The notes under the pieces were generated by a model. The model saw nothing but the letters and a program-made list of their open reading frames with translations. It had not been told where the DNA came from and did no database searches. A stretch of 64,000 bases of DNA from a virus: IMG/VR virus record IMGVR_UViG_3300013132_000021. The stretch is one strand, 5' to 3'. Both the position numbers and the translations under genes were made by a program. Below are positions 46,666 through 54,640 of this stretch, piece after piece (the stretch's first letter is position 1; every line of letters begins with the position of its first letter).

Positions 46666-48153
46666 TTATGCTGTTCCTAGTTGTTGCTGCAGATATTTCA
46701 TGATTTCTTTTTTCTGTTTAGTATTTAACTGATCTATCAGTTTATCTAAATCTGCGTCACTCATCGCTGCCGTATCAGCAGCGCCTGTGGGCAGTTTCAT
46801 GTCTGTGTAAACTTTGTCTATGGTTCCAGCATCGATACCGCCATAGTTGAGTAAAAATTTCTTTAGTTCTTCTGAATCTGTAGGCGAACCTTCCAGTTTC
46901 CATGCAGCCATTAACTTGGCAGATGTTACTCGTTCAGTGGCCTGCTTGCCAGCCCATTCAGCACCCTTAGCAACTGCACCAGCAACTTTGCCCGCAGCAC
47001 CTTTGACCTTGTCTAGAAATCCTGCTTCTGTGAGCACACGATCAAACAGCATATAGACCTGACCTTCGCTGAGTGGACGGGTCTGCGTATAATAACTTTC
47101 TTTCTGATCTTTGCCAACATTTTTAGCATCACCTGCAGCGGCCACAGCACCTTGGCTCAGAGCCTGTCCAGCCTGTGCCATGCCTTTGATCCATTGCATT
47201 AGTCCGTCGTTGGCCAGTTGATCGGATCTGGCATTTGCCATGATGTCTTTGATAGCTGATTTGTAGTCAGCGGATCTTATTTCCTGTGCGATCTTTGCCA
47301 ATGTGTCATAGCCACCAGATTGACCATCTCTGATCATACGCATGGCTTCTTCTATGGCTGCTTTCTCTTGAGGAAATACCACTACATTAAATCCCTGTGT
47401 GGTCTGTTTCCATTCCATGCCAGGACCGGACAATGTTTTGGTTGCACCCCAAGATACCTGTTCTAGTCCCGACTCTTCAGGACCAAATGGTATGGCATCT
47501 GCTCGCATGCCGGCCACAAACTTGCCTAATACTTCAAAGGCCTTGCCTGATAGATAGCCCAATGCCGCTGTCTTGATGCCTTTGCCTACGGCAGTGCTTA
47601 GTTTTTCACCTTTGATCAATTCTGCAGAACCACGCAGAACCTGACCAGCTATGGCACCACCTACAGGACCACCTGCCAGAGAAGCCAAGGCAGTTAACAC
47701 ACCAATGATAGCTGCACTCTTACCAGGATTTTCTTTCATCCATGTGCCTAGACCTGTTAGCTGCTGATCTAGTGCAGGAAACTTTTCTCCAACCTTGGCT
47801 TTGAGCTGCTCGAACTTTTGATCAGCCATCTTAACAGGAGCTGTATCCTGTACCCATTTGCCCACGTTGTTGATGATTTCGTTGGCCTGTTTAGCTACAT
47901 CAACACCTTTGCCTGCTAGGGTTCTGCTGCTGCCACTTTCTATGTTAGATTTTTCAATCTGTTGGAATATGCCTTTGATCTGATCTGCACTAAGGCTAGC
48001 TTCGATCAAAGGCAAAAATTCATTATAGATACCTTGTACTATTTTAGACTGTTCCGGACTGAGTCCTTCACAGCTTTCTTTTAATATTGATCTACTGTTT
48101 TGGAGATGTTGTTCCAGTAATAGTATAGGATCTGATAGTGTTGTTAAACGCAT
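46666..48153 (-). CDS. Helical protein with a glycine-zipper hydrophobic hairpin, probable internal/ejection protein
   Basis: AAIIGVLTALASLAGGPVGGAIAG segment, several L-x-E sites, late promoter TAAATA at 48178-48183. Confidence 0.5.
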   Translation of the reverse strand: MRLTTLSDPILLLEQHLQNSRSILKESCEGLSPEQSKIVQGIYNEFLPLIEASLSADQIKGIFQQIEKSNIESGSSRTLAGKGVDVAKQANEIINNVGKWVQDTAPVKMADQKFEQLKAKVGEKFPALDQQLTGLGTWMKENPGKSAAIIGVLTALASLAGGPVGGAIAGQVLRGSAELIKGEKLSTAVGKGIKTAALGYLSGKAFEVLGKFVAGMRADAIPFGPEESGLEQVSWGATKTLSGPGMEWKQTTQGFNVVVFPQEKAAIEEAMRMIRDGQSGGYDTLAKIAQEIRSADYKSAIKDIMANARSDQLANDGLMQWIKGMAQAGQALSQGAVAAAGDAKNVGKDQKESYYTQTRPLSEGQVYMLFDRVLTEAGFLDKVKGAAGKVAGAVAKGAEWAGKQATERVTSAKLMAAWKLEGSPTDSEELKKFLLNYGGIDAGTIDKVYTDMKLPTGAADTAAMSDADLDKLIDQLNTKQKKEIMKYLQQQLGTA

Positions 48154-48189
48154 TTAGTCATCTCAATGATTTATAGTTATTTATTTGTA

Positions 48190-48655
48190 TAAAGAGCTAA
48201 AGCTCTTTTGCGATTTCGCTTACGCTCATCGCTTTTCTTTCTTTTTAATTTTTGCTAGATGCAAAAATTTTTTGCGCGAAGCGCAAAGTTAGCATTATCC
48301 AGATTGTTCAGCCACACTTCGCCCGTTGCCGGGCGATGATAGTACATTATCCGAGTTGACAAGCACACAATAGCGTTATGGCATTACAGAGGCGGTCATC
48401 CGGTACCTCGAGCCACGTCTTCATATGACGGCGGTTTACTAAAATACGCTAACACTTTAGTAAACGTAGGGTTTTTCTCCCTTCCTTTTACCCTTACAAT
48501 ACTTTTCAAACAACTAAATCGCAGGTTTTAAGCGATCCTCATCCATAAATGGGTAGTAGTTGAGTACCACTGCGGCATGGAATTCCGTCCCTGCGACCAC
48601 GATTGACCAGGTTTAGAGCGCACGAATTTAGGCCTGCGCTAGCCAAAAACCGCTG
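48190..48655 (-). ncRNA. Candidate structured non-coding RNA (or ssDNA origin-like element), unassigned family
   Basis: Largest ORF-free gap in the window, with at least 9 hairpins, GNRA tetraloops on the minus strand and two imperfect ~25-nt direct repeats. Confidence 0.55.
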
Positions 48656-49090
48656 TTATTTTGCCTTTTTATGTTCTTCGATACGCTGTCTAAGCGTGTT
48701 TGAGCCGCCAACTCTGACGTTTATAATGCCATTATAATAGTCATCTGACTCTAAAACTCTGCGTTCAAACTGCTCTCTAGCCTCTAGATATGACATCTCT
48801 GCCTTAGATTTACAAAGATAAAGTATTTCTCTCGTGAAATTATTCGGACCTAATGCTTGGACATCTGCTTGTAACCTATCAGATGAACCCCAATATTCGC
48901 GCCAATCGCTTTCTACTGTGCTTCTGCGTTTAAGTCGTTTGCCTTTGAGTGGTGGTTTGGTGCGTTTGAACTGTGCAAGTTTCTTGCCTATGTACTTCTG
49001 CCCGGTCTGTAGATTGGTGATGAGATAAACAAAGCCAATATAGCCTTCTGGTATTTCGTCTACTAGTTGATTTTGATACGTCCACAGCAC
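48656..49090 (-). CDS. Stand-alone GIY-YIG-family nuclease domain protein (144 aa)
   Basis: GFVYLITN...KYIGKK, YWGSS, F.REIL, conserved E (YLEA.EQ), YYN. No C-terminal DNA-binding extension. Confidence 0.8.
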   Translation of the reverse strand: MLWTYQNQLVDEIPEGYIGFVYLITNLQTGQKYIGKKLAQFKRTKPPLKGKRLKRRSTVESDWREYWGSSDRLQADVQALGPNNFTREILYLCKSKAEMSYLEAREQFERRVLESDDYYNGIINVRVGGSNTLRQRIEEHKKAK

Positions 49091-49321
49091 TCACTTAGTT
49101 ATGTTGAGCGGTTTGCCTCTCATGCCTTTTCTGGCTTTTCGCCGTTCTTCTCTTTTTTCTTGTATTTCTTTTCGTCTTGTACTTGCCTCATTGCGTATTT
49201 CTGATAGCCAATATCGTGCCTTAATGCCTGCTTCGTCTGAATGTTTATATTCAAACCGTTCTTGCCACTTAAAGTATTCTTGGAACGCTTTAATCATGCG
49301 ATCATGACTGTCTGTGCTCAT
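49091..49321 (-). CDS. Small basic helical hypothetical protein
   Basis: Coupled between gp46 and the GIY-YIG gene. AG.KAR..L.EI....RRKEIQ. Confidence 0.6.
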   Translation of the reverse strand: MSTDSHDRMIKAFQEYFKWQERFEYKHSDEAGIKARYWLSEIRNEASTRRKEIQEKREERRKARKGMRGKPLNITK

Positions 49322-51096
49322 GATACTATTTCGATATCTGTTGAATAACTAGTGAACCCTCCCTCTTTGATCACTTTCAACACATGATTCACACGACTGG
49401 TTAGATCATCTCTGTGCGAAATTAAGAATACATTCTTGTCACGCTCGCGGGTCATCTTTTTCAACACAGCGATACTGGATTCTACTCCTGAAGCATCCAT
49501 GCCTGAATCCACTAATTCGTCAATGAATAACAGATTGATGCCGTGATAGAGATTCTCCCATACATCACGGAAAGCCCAACTCAGAGAAAGTATCAATCTA
49601 TTGCGTTCCCCGCGGCTCAGATTGTCAAAATCTAGATCCTGGCCCAGTTGGGTGATGATCACAGTGAGATCATTTTGGAATTCCACGGTGTGTGGTAGTC
49701 CGATCTTGTCCAGATAGTAGGTAAGGCGTTGATTGAGGAATGCGAGATTCTGATCAATGATGCGTTTGCGTACAAAACTATCTTTGTTTGTGAGCAATTT
49801 GTACAGAAACTCCTGATGGTCTTTGACACGCACTAGTTCGTTCATGTAGTTCCAATCGATCTCTTGTACCGCAGTGGCTTTGAGCTCGATGATCTGTTCA
49901 TCATAGGGATTTTCATCTGCGGCCTTAATCTCGAGATCTTTTTCTAAACTGGTTAATGTGTTCTTGTGATTTAACGCCTCTTCCAAGGTATCATACTGCA
50001 CTGTTGGACAATCGCCTAGTGCACCAAGATCTACTAGTGCTGATTCATAGGCAGAGATGTTCGCAGTCTGTAGATCATATTCTGCACAGGCAGCGGCATG
50101 ATCTTTGCGTTTTGCAGCCATAACTTCGTCGTGCTTGGCATCATGAAATTCTTGACCACAGGCATGACAGAGATGCCGTTCTAGAGTAGCGATTTCTGCT
50201 GCTAATCGATCACGCAGTTTTTCTTCTCTGCTTTGATCTAGCCTAGCACGATTCAATTGAGCAGTGACTTCGTTGATGTCTTTGCGCAGTTGATTATACA
50301 CAGCCAGAGCCTTGTGTGCAGCCACTTCTTGTTCGATGTCGATGTGACTTAGATGATCGATGCTCTTGAGAATATTTTCGAGATTTTTTTCCTTGGCTTC
50401 TTCCCACATGTTCTGCTTACGCTCTAGGGCAGTGATGCTCTGCTGTATGCGCTCGTTGCTGGCTTTAACAGTTTCTACACGAGTAGTTTCAGTGCTGATA
50501 CTGTCTTTGGTCAGCTTGATCTGTTCCTTGAGAGCATCTGCTTTTTCACTTAACAATGTGATACCTAACAACTGTTCGATGATAGCACGTTGTTCTGCTG
50601 CCTTCTGCGCCAAGAACGGTTCTGTGTAGGTGTTTAGAGCCACTAGATGCTTGAACATGTCGTGGCTCATGCAGAATCGTTCTTCGATGCTTTTCTGTGT
50701 TTCTCTGCTGTCACCTTGCGATTCGTCTAGATCTGTGAGCTGCTGTTCTTCACCATTGACACTGAATTTCAGTATGTTGGGTTTGCGACCCCGTTCGATG
50801 TGATATTCAACACCGTCTACATCAAAGGTCACAGTGACCAGCATGCCCTTGCCGTTGATCTTATTGATTAGATTATCACGTTTGATATTGGTCAAGGCCT
50901 GTCCGTAGATGCCGTAGCTGAGACCATTGATGATAGTGGTTTTGCCTGTGCCATTTCTTGCACCAGAGTCGTCACCTCCTAGATCTAAGTTTTCACCTAA
51001 GACCAGTGTGAGCTGTCCGCGATCAAAGTCGATGGCTTGAGTCTGTGCGCCCACACTCATGAAGTTACGCACAGTTAGATTCTTGATTTTAATCAT
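49318..51096 (-). CDS. gp46: Recombination endonuclease ATPase subunit (T4 gp46 / Rad50 / SbcC)
   Basis: RNFMS.G, Walker A RNGTGKTT, coiled coil with CHAC zinc hook, signature LSRGE, Walker B LFIDE, ISH. Confidence 0.95.
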   Translation of the reverse strand: MIKIKNLTVRNFMSVGAQTQAIDFDRGQLTLVLGENLDLGGDDSGARNGTGKTTIINGLSYGIYGQALTNIKRDNLINKINGKGMLVTVTFDVDGVEYHIERGRKPNILKFSVNGEEQQLTDLDESQGDSRETQKSIEERFCMSHDMFKHLVALNTYTEPFLAQKAAEQRAIIEQLLGITLLSEKADALKEQIKLTKDSISTETTRVETVKASNERIQQSITALERKQNMWEEAKEKNLENILKSIDHLSHIDIEQEVAAHKALAVYNQLRKDINEVTAQLNRARLDQSREEKLRDRLAAEIATLERHLCHACGQEFHDAKHDEVMAAKRKDHAAACAEYDLQTANISAYESALVDLGALGDCPTVQYDTLEEALNHKNTLTSLEKDLEIKAADENPYDEQIIELKATAVQEIDWNYMNELVRVKDHQEFLYKLLTNKDSFVRKRIIDQNLAFLNQRLTYYLDKIGLPHTVEFQNDLTVIITQLGQDLDFDNLSRGERNRLILSLSWAFRDVWENLYHGINLLFIDELVDSGMDASGVESSIAVLKKMTRERDKNVFLISHRDDLTSRVNHVLKVIKEGGFTSYSTDIEIVS

Positions 51097-52103
51097 AGGT
51101 CGTTGTATATCTCCAACAGCAGGCTCTTGTCAAAGGTATCGCTGTCAATGGCATTGATCTGATTCATCACTATGGTATCTACACTTTCAAAATTGATGTC
51201 GATTGGTGCAGAAGTAGCGTCTACTTCTACCTTTTCAGGTATCAGCATCAGTTCTCTGAGATCATATTCAGGCATGAACTTTTCTTTGATAAAGTTAGCT
51301 TCTTCGAATGTGATAGGTAAATCAATGGTCACGCGACAGTGCATCTTAGGCCGCAGCAGTTTTTCTGGGGTGTCGATGATCTGACTCAGCTTGAACAATC
51401 TGTAGGTAGGCTGATCGGGCCAGGTCTTATACACAGGAGCCTTGCCCCACTCGAGGATCATCATTCCTCGCTCATCATCTCCGGCGTCCGCATAGTTGTG
51501 CGGAAAAGCATTGCCTATGTAAGTGATATTGCGTCCAGTCTGCCGTTTATGGAAGTGCCCGGAGAACACACATTCCTGATTCTGGAAGTGTGTGCTCTGT
51601 AATTGTCCGTGATCGGGCATCTGCACCATGGCGTTCATGTAGAAGCTGGGCAATTCTAAGTGACCGAATATGTAACGGCTCTTGATCTTAGGCACAGCCT
51701 GCCATTCATCCCCTACCAGCCAAGGCATGATAGTGACATCGCCGTCTGTGAATGTATCTTTGATAGGAACGATGTTAGGAAACAGGCGCATAAACTCTAT
51801 GGAGTTGATCTCACGCTTGTCTTTGTAGAACAGATCGTGATTGCCTAAGATGAAATACACGGTGTCGAAACTCTTGCTCAAGCGTTCTAAGTTTGACACG
51901 GTGTAGTTCATCGTGGAGACATCTGTGGTCGAACGATTGTTATGCCAATCACCTAAAAACACACAACTTTCACAATTTTCTTTTTTTGCCTCTTCGCAGA
52001 ACCACTTGACGAATTCTTCGCAATCGGTATTATGGGTTCGGCTACCACTCTTGAGACCAAAATGTATGTCTGTGAAACAGGCTACCTTTTTGAATAGATT
52101 CAT
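51093..52103 (-). CDS. gp47: Recombination endonuclease nuclease subunit (T4 gp47 / Mre11 / SbcD)
   Basis: DIHFG, LGDW, GNHD, GHLE, SGHFH metallophosphoesterase motifs. Confidence 0.95.
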   Translation of the reverse strand: MNLFKKVACFTDIHFGLKSGSRTHNTDCEEFVKWFCEEAKKENCESCVFLGDWHNNRSTTDVSTMNYTVSNLERLSKSFDTVYFILGNHDLFYKDKREINSIEFMRLFPNIVPIKDTFTDGDVTIMPWLVGDEWQAVPKIKSRYIFGHLELPSFYMNAMVQMPDHGQLQSTHFQNQECVFSGHFHKRQTGRNITYIGNAFPHNYADAGDDERGMMILEWGKAPVYKTWPDQPTYRLFKLSQIIDTPEKLLRPKMHCRVTIDLPITFEEANFIKEKFMPEYDLRELMLIPEKVEVDATSAPIDINFESVDTIVMNQINAIDSDTFDKSLLLEIYNDL

Positions 52104-52134
52104 AGATATATTGTACGACCTTTGCGATTAGAGA

Positions 52135-52977
52135 TCAATCCCAATCGCCGCCGTCTGAGACTGGCCCGGAGGATATCACAGGGCCGCTGCCGCTGTTCTG
52201 TCTGGTCCATGAAGGATTCATGCCGTTCATTTCAAGAATGTCGTCTCGAATGTTTTGGTTGCGTTTTTCAATGTTGATGATTCGCACGAATGAATTAGTA
52301 ACAGCAGCGGTATAATAAGCGAAAGGATTATCGGATTTGGATTCATCGAACTGTAGTCCTATCTGAGTGAGTTGTAAGATGGCCTGCCCACGCATTTCGT
52401 CATTGTAGGTATAGCCTCGAACGTTGCCTCTGGTAGCATAGCGTTCACAGAGCTTGATAAACATGCGAGCGAGATCGTTGGTCATCTGACCGTGATCCTT
52501 AGAGAATTCACCGTGCTCGAGATCACCTTTCCAGTGGCTCTTGCCAACACAACTGATATTACCTTTGTCATCGAACTTCCAATGTTGGAATGGAGGAAAA
52601 TTAACTTTGTCATGACTGTCCGCGGTGTTCTTCAACGTCTTTTTGCGACCCGGAGCCAACGGTATATGTTCAAAGGTCATCACACGGAATATGAGATCTT
52701 CCTTGCGCATCTTTTTGTAATCTACTTCAAATTCTTTAGCAGGTAGTTTTTTACCTCCGGTTATTACCGCTGCTTCGTGTGCCTGTTTGCTGAGTCTAGC
52801 TGCACAATTTCTTTTAGCCTCTGCTATGGTTCTTATGTTGATTTTAGCTAGATTAGGTACTATGAGATCATAGAATCCATATTCTGGTTTGAGGTAGCTG
52901 CAATAGGTATTTTTACTAAGGTGTATTTCTTTCAGTAGGTCTTTGTTGGTCAAATACTTGATCTTGGGCACTGTCAT
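52135..52977 (-). CDS. gp55: Late-transcription sigma factor (T4 gp55-like)
   Basis: YLTNKDL at the N-terminus, L..M...L.ERYA.R.N.RGYTY.DEM...A, F...KS.NPFAYYT...NSF.R.I..EK. gp55-47-46 synteny. Confidence 0.85.
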   Translation of the reverse strand: MTVPKIKYLTNKDLLKEIHLSKNTYCSYLKPEYGFYDLIVPNLAKINIRTIAEAKRNCAARLSKQAHEAAVITGGKKLPAKEFEVDYKKMRKEDLIFRVMTFEHIPLAPGRKKTLKNTADSHDKVNFPPFQHWKFDDKGNISCVGKSHWKGDLEHGEFSKDHGQMTNDLARMFIKLCERYATRGNVRGYTYNDEMRGQAILQLTQIGLQFDESKSDNPFAYYTAAVTNSFVRIINIEKRNQNIRDDILEMNGMNPSWTRQNSGSGPVISSGPVSDGGDWD

Positions 52978-53027
52978 TGATTATATGTCTCCGTGGTTAG
53001 TAATATAATAGCATATTTTCCTAATAA

Positions 53028-53033
53028 TAAATA
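53028..53033 (+). promoter_or_regulatory. Late promoter motif TAAATA for the baseplate operon
   Basis: ATAAATA 26 nt before ATG 53060, with AAGGA SD in between. Another copy at 59119-59124 precedes gp6. Confidence 0.65.
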
Positions 53034-53059
53034 GTCTATAACAAGGAAATCTGTTCAAA

Positions 53060-54340
53060 ATGGCGAGAAAAACCTATCCTGAAACCCCTGCAGAAGAAGC
53101 CGCAAGAATAAATGCTGCCAGCGGTGATCCCGAGGGCATCACTGCAGAGCAAGTGGCCAACAACCGCAAGCTAAATGAATCATTGACCGCATCATTTGGA
53201 TTTGGCAACAGTTCTAGTGGTCCCCCGGTTAACCCTTTCGCAAGTCTAGTAGCAGGGGTTTCTTCTAGAATACAACAAACCCAGGAAGCTGACGCGGCCC
53301 AATTACCTGGAAATTTTGCACAGGCCAAAGCTGAATTAGACGACAAGATTTCTAAAGCATCTGGAGAGATAGGATCGGGCCTTAACGGATTTACCGGTAA
53401 TGTAAAACAAGGAATCTCCCAGTTGCAGGCATCTTTAGGTGCCTCGGGTGCTGAAACAGGGCTTGGAGGATTCGCTGATGCTGCTAAAAGTAAATTTAGT
53501 GGTGCAATAGGTTCATTGCAATCAGTGGCAGGCTCAACCAGTAACATTGCGGCAGATATCTCCGGTACTATAAACAAATTAACAGGCGGCAGCCTTGCTG
53601 GGGGTCTGCTGAAAGCTGCAGGACAAATTAGTGCAGCTGCCGGTATGCTTAACAATATACTTAGCTTAAAGAGAGGAGCCAATCTTCCAAAGGGAGCGGA
53701 TGTGTTTAGTAAAAACGGAGAACCAATAAAATTAAATGTTTCTTCGAAAAATGATTGGCGTGTAAGAATAGATTGTCAATGGAATATTTTTGATAGTCCT
53801 ATATTTGAAAGATTGAAACTCACAGGCGGAGTGGTATGGCCATACCTACCTAGTATCACAGTGGCCACCAAGGCGGAGTATACACCAATTAATACAACAC
53901 ACAATAACTACACCAACTATGCCTATAAAGGCAGCATGGTAGATGACATACAGATCTCTGGAGAGTTTTCGTGCGAAACAGCCAGCGATGCGGCATATTG
54001 GATAGCTGCTACTACCTTTTTCAAAACAGCAACTAAAATGTTTTTCGGTCAAGGAGAACTAGCTGGTAATCCTCCGATTATTTGTATCCTCAAAGGCTAT
54101 GGAGCCAGTGTGTTTAACAATACACCAGTGATTATAAAAAGTTTTTCAGTAGACCTCAAGGATGATGTTAATTATGTTAAATGTGAGGAATTTGGATCTA
54201 CTACATGGGTACCGGTCCTCAGCACAATTTCAGTGACAGTATCGCCAGTATATACCAGAGCTAGAATGCGTAAATTCAGTCTCCAAGATTATTCACGTGG
54301 TAGTCTTGCAGGAGAAAAAGGTCGAGTAGGATATATCTAA
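53060..54340 (+). CDS. Baseplate/tail-tube initiator-like protein (gp48/gp54-like C-terminal domain)
   Basis: GVVWPYLP.I...A.Y, I.ISG.F, G.PP....L.GYG...F...PV.I.SF...L...V.Y, after a low-complexity N-terminus. Confidence 0.55.
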   Translation: MARKTYPETPAEEAARINAASGDPEGITAEQVANNRKLNESLTASFGFGNSSSGPPVNPFASLVAGVSSRIQQTQEADAAQLPGNFAQAKAELDDKISKASGEIGSGLNGFTGNVKQGISQLQASLGASGAETGLGGFADAAKSKFSGAIGSLQSVAGSTSNIAADISGTINKLTGGSLAGGLLKAAGQISAAAGMLNNILSLKRGANLPKGADVFSKNGEPIKLNVSSKNDWRVRIDCQWNIFDSPIFERLKLTGGVVWPYLPSITVATKAEYTPINTTHNNYTNYAYKGSMVDDIQISGEFSCETASDAAYWIAATTFFKTATKMFFGQGELAGNPPIICILKGYGASVFNNTPVIIKSFSVDLKDDVNYVKCEEFGSTTWVPVLSTISVTVSPVYTRARMRKFSLQDYSRGSLAGEKGRVGYI

Positions 54341-54639
54341 TGGCAAAATATTCTAAAGCAAGTCCGTGGGCCAACACTCAACAAAATAATTTTTATCTGG
54401 AACTGTTAGATATTCGTCCGGTGCCTTCTGAAGCAGACGATGTTAGATATGTGATTGAAAATCAATATCGTAACAGACCGGATTTATTAGCCTATGATCT
54501 TTATGGAGATCCTAAATTATGGTGGGTATTTGTGCAAAGAAATATGTCAGTGATAAAAGATCCTATCTATGATTTCAGACCAGGCACAGCCATATATCTG
54601 CCTAAGAAAAGTAATCTATCAAAGTTTCTAGGAGTGTGA
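54340..54639 (+). CDS. Baseplate wedge subunit (gp53-like, LysM-like)
   Basis: RPDLLAYDLYGDPKLWWV...N...DP..D...G..I.LP. Confidence 0.8.
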   Translation: MAKYSKASPWANTQQNNFYLELLDIRPVPSEADDVRYVIENQYRNRPDLLAYDLYGDPKLWWVFVQRNMSVIKDPIYDFRPGTAIYLPKKSNLSKFLGV

Positions 54640-54640
54640 T

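Noticed and set aside
48293-48368. CRISPR mini-array
   Set aside because: Only two imperfect repeats with a palindromic spacer, and no cas genes in the window.
48190-48655. tRNA, tmRNA, group I intron or hammerhead identity for the structured gap
   Set aside because: No cloverleaf or CCA end, no tmRNA termini, no interrupted host gene or convincing P7 pairing, and no CUGAnGA/GAAA core found by eye. Left as unassigned.
48656-49090. Mobile homing endonuclease or intron ORF
   Set aside because: Too short, lacks DNA-binding modules, and is tightly coupled in the gp55-47-46 operon without interrupting a gene. Not called a mobile element.
49600-49625. Non-canonical ABC signature LSRGE in gp46
   Set aside because: Phage Rad50 homologues commonly deviate from LSGG, and all other motifs are intact.
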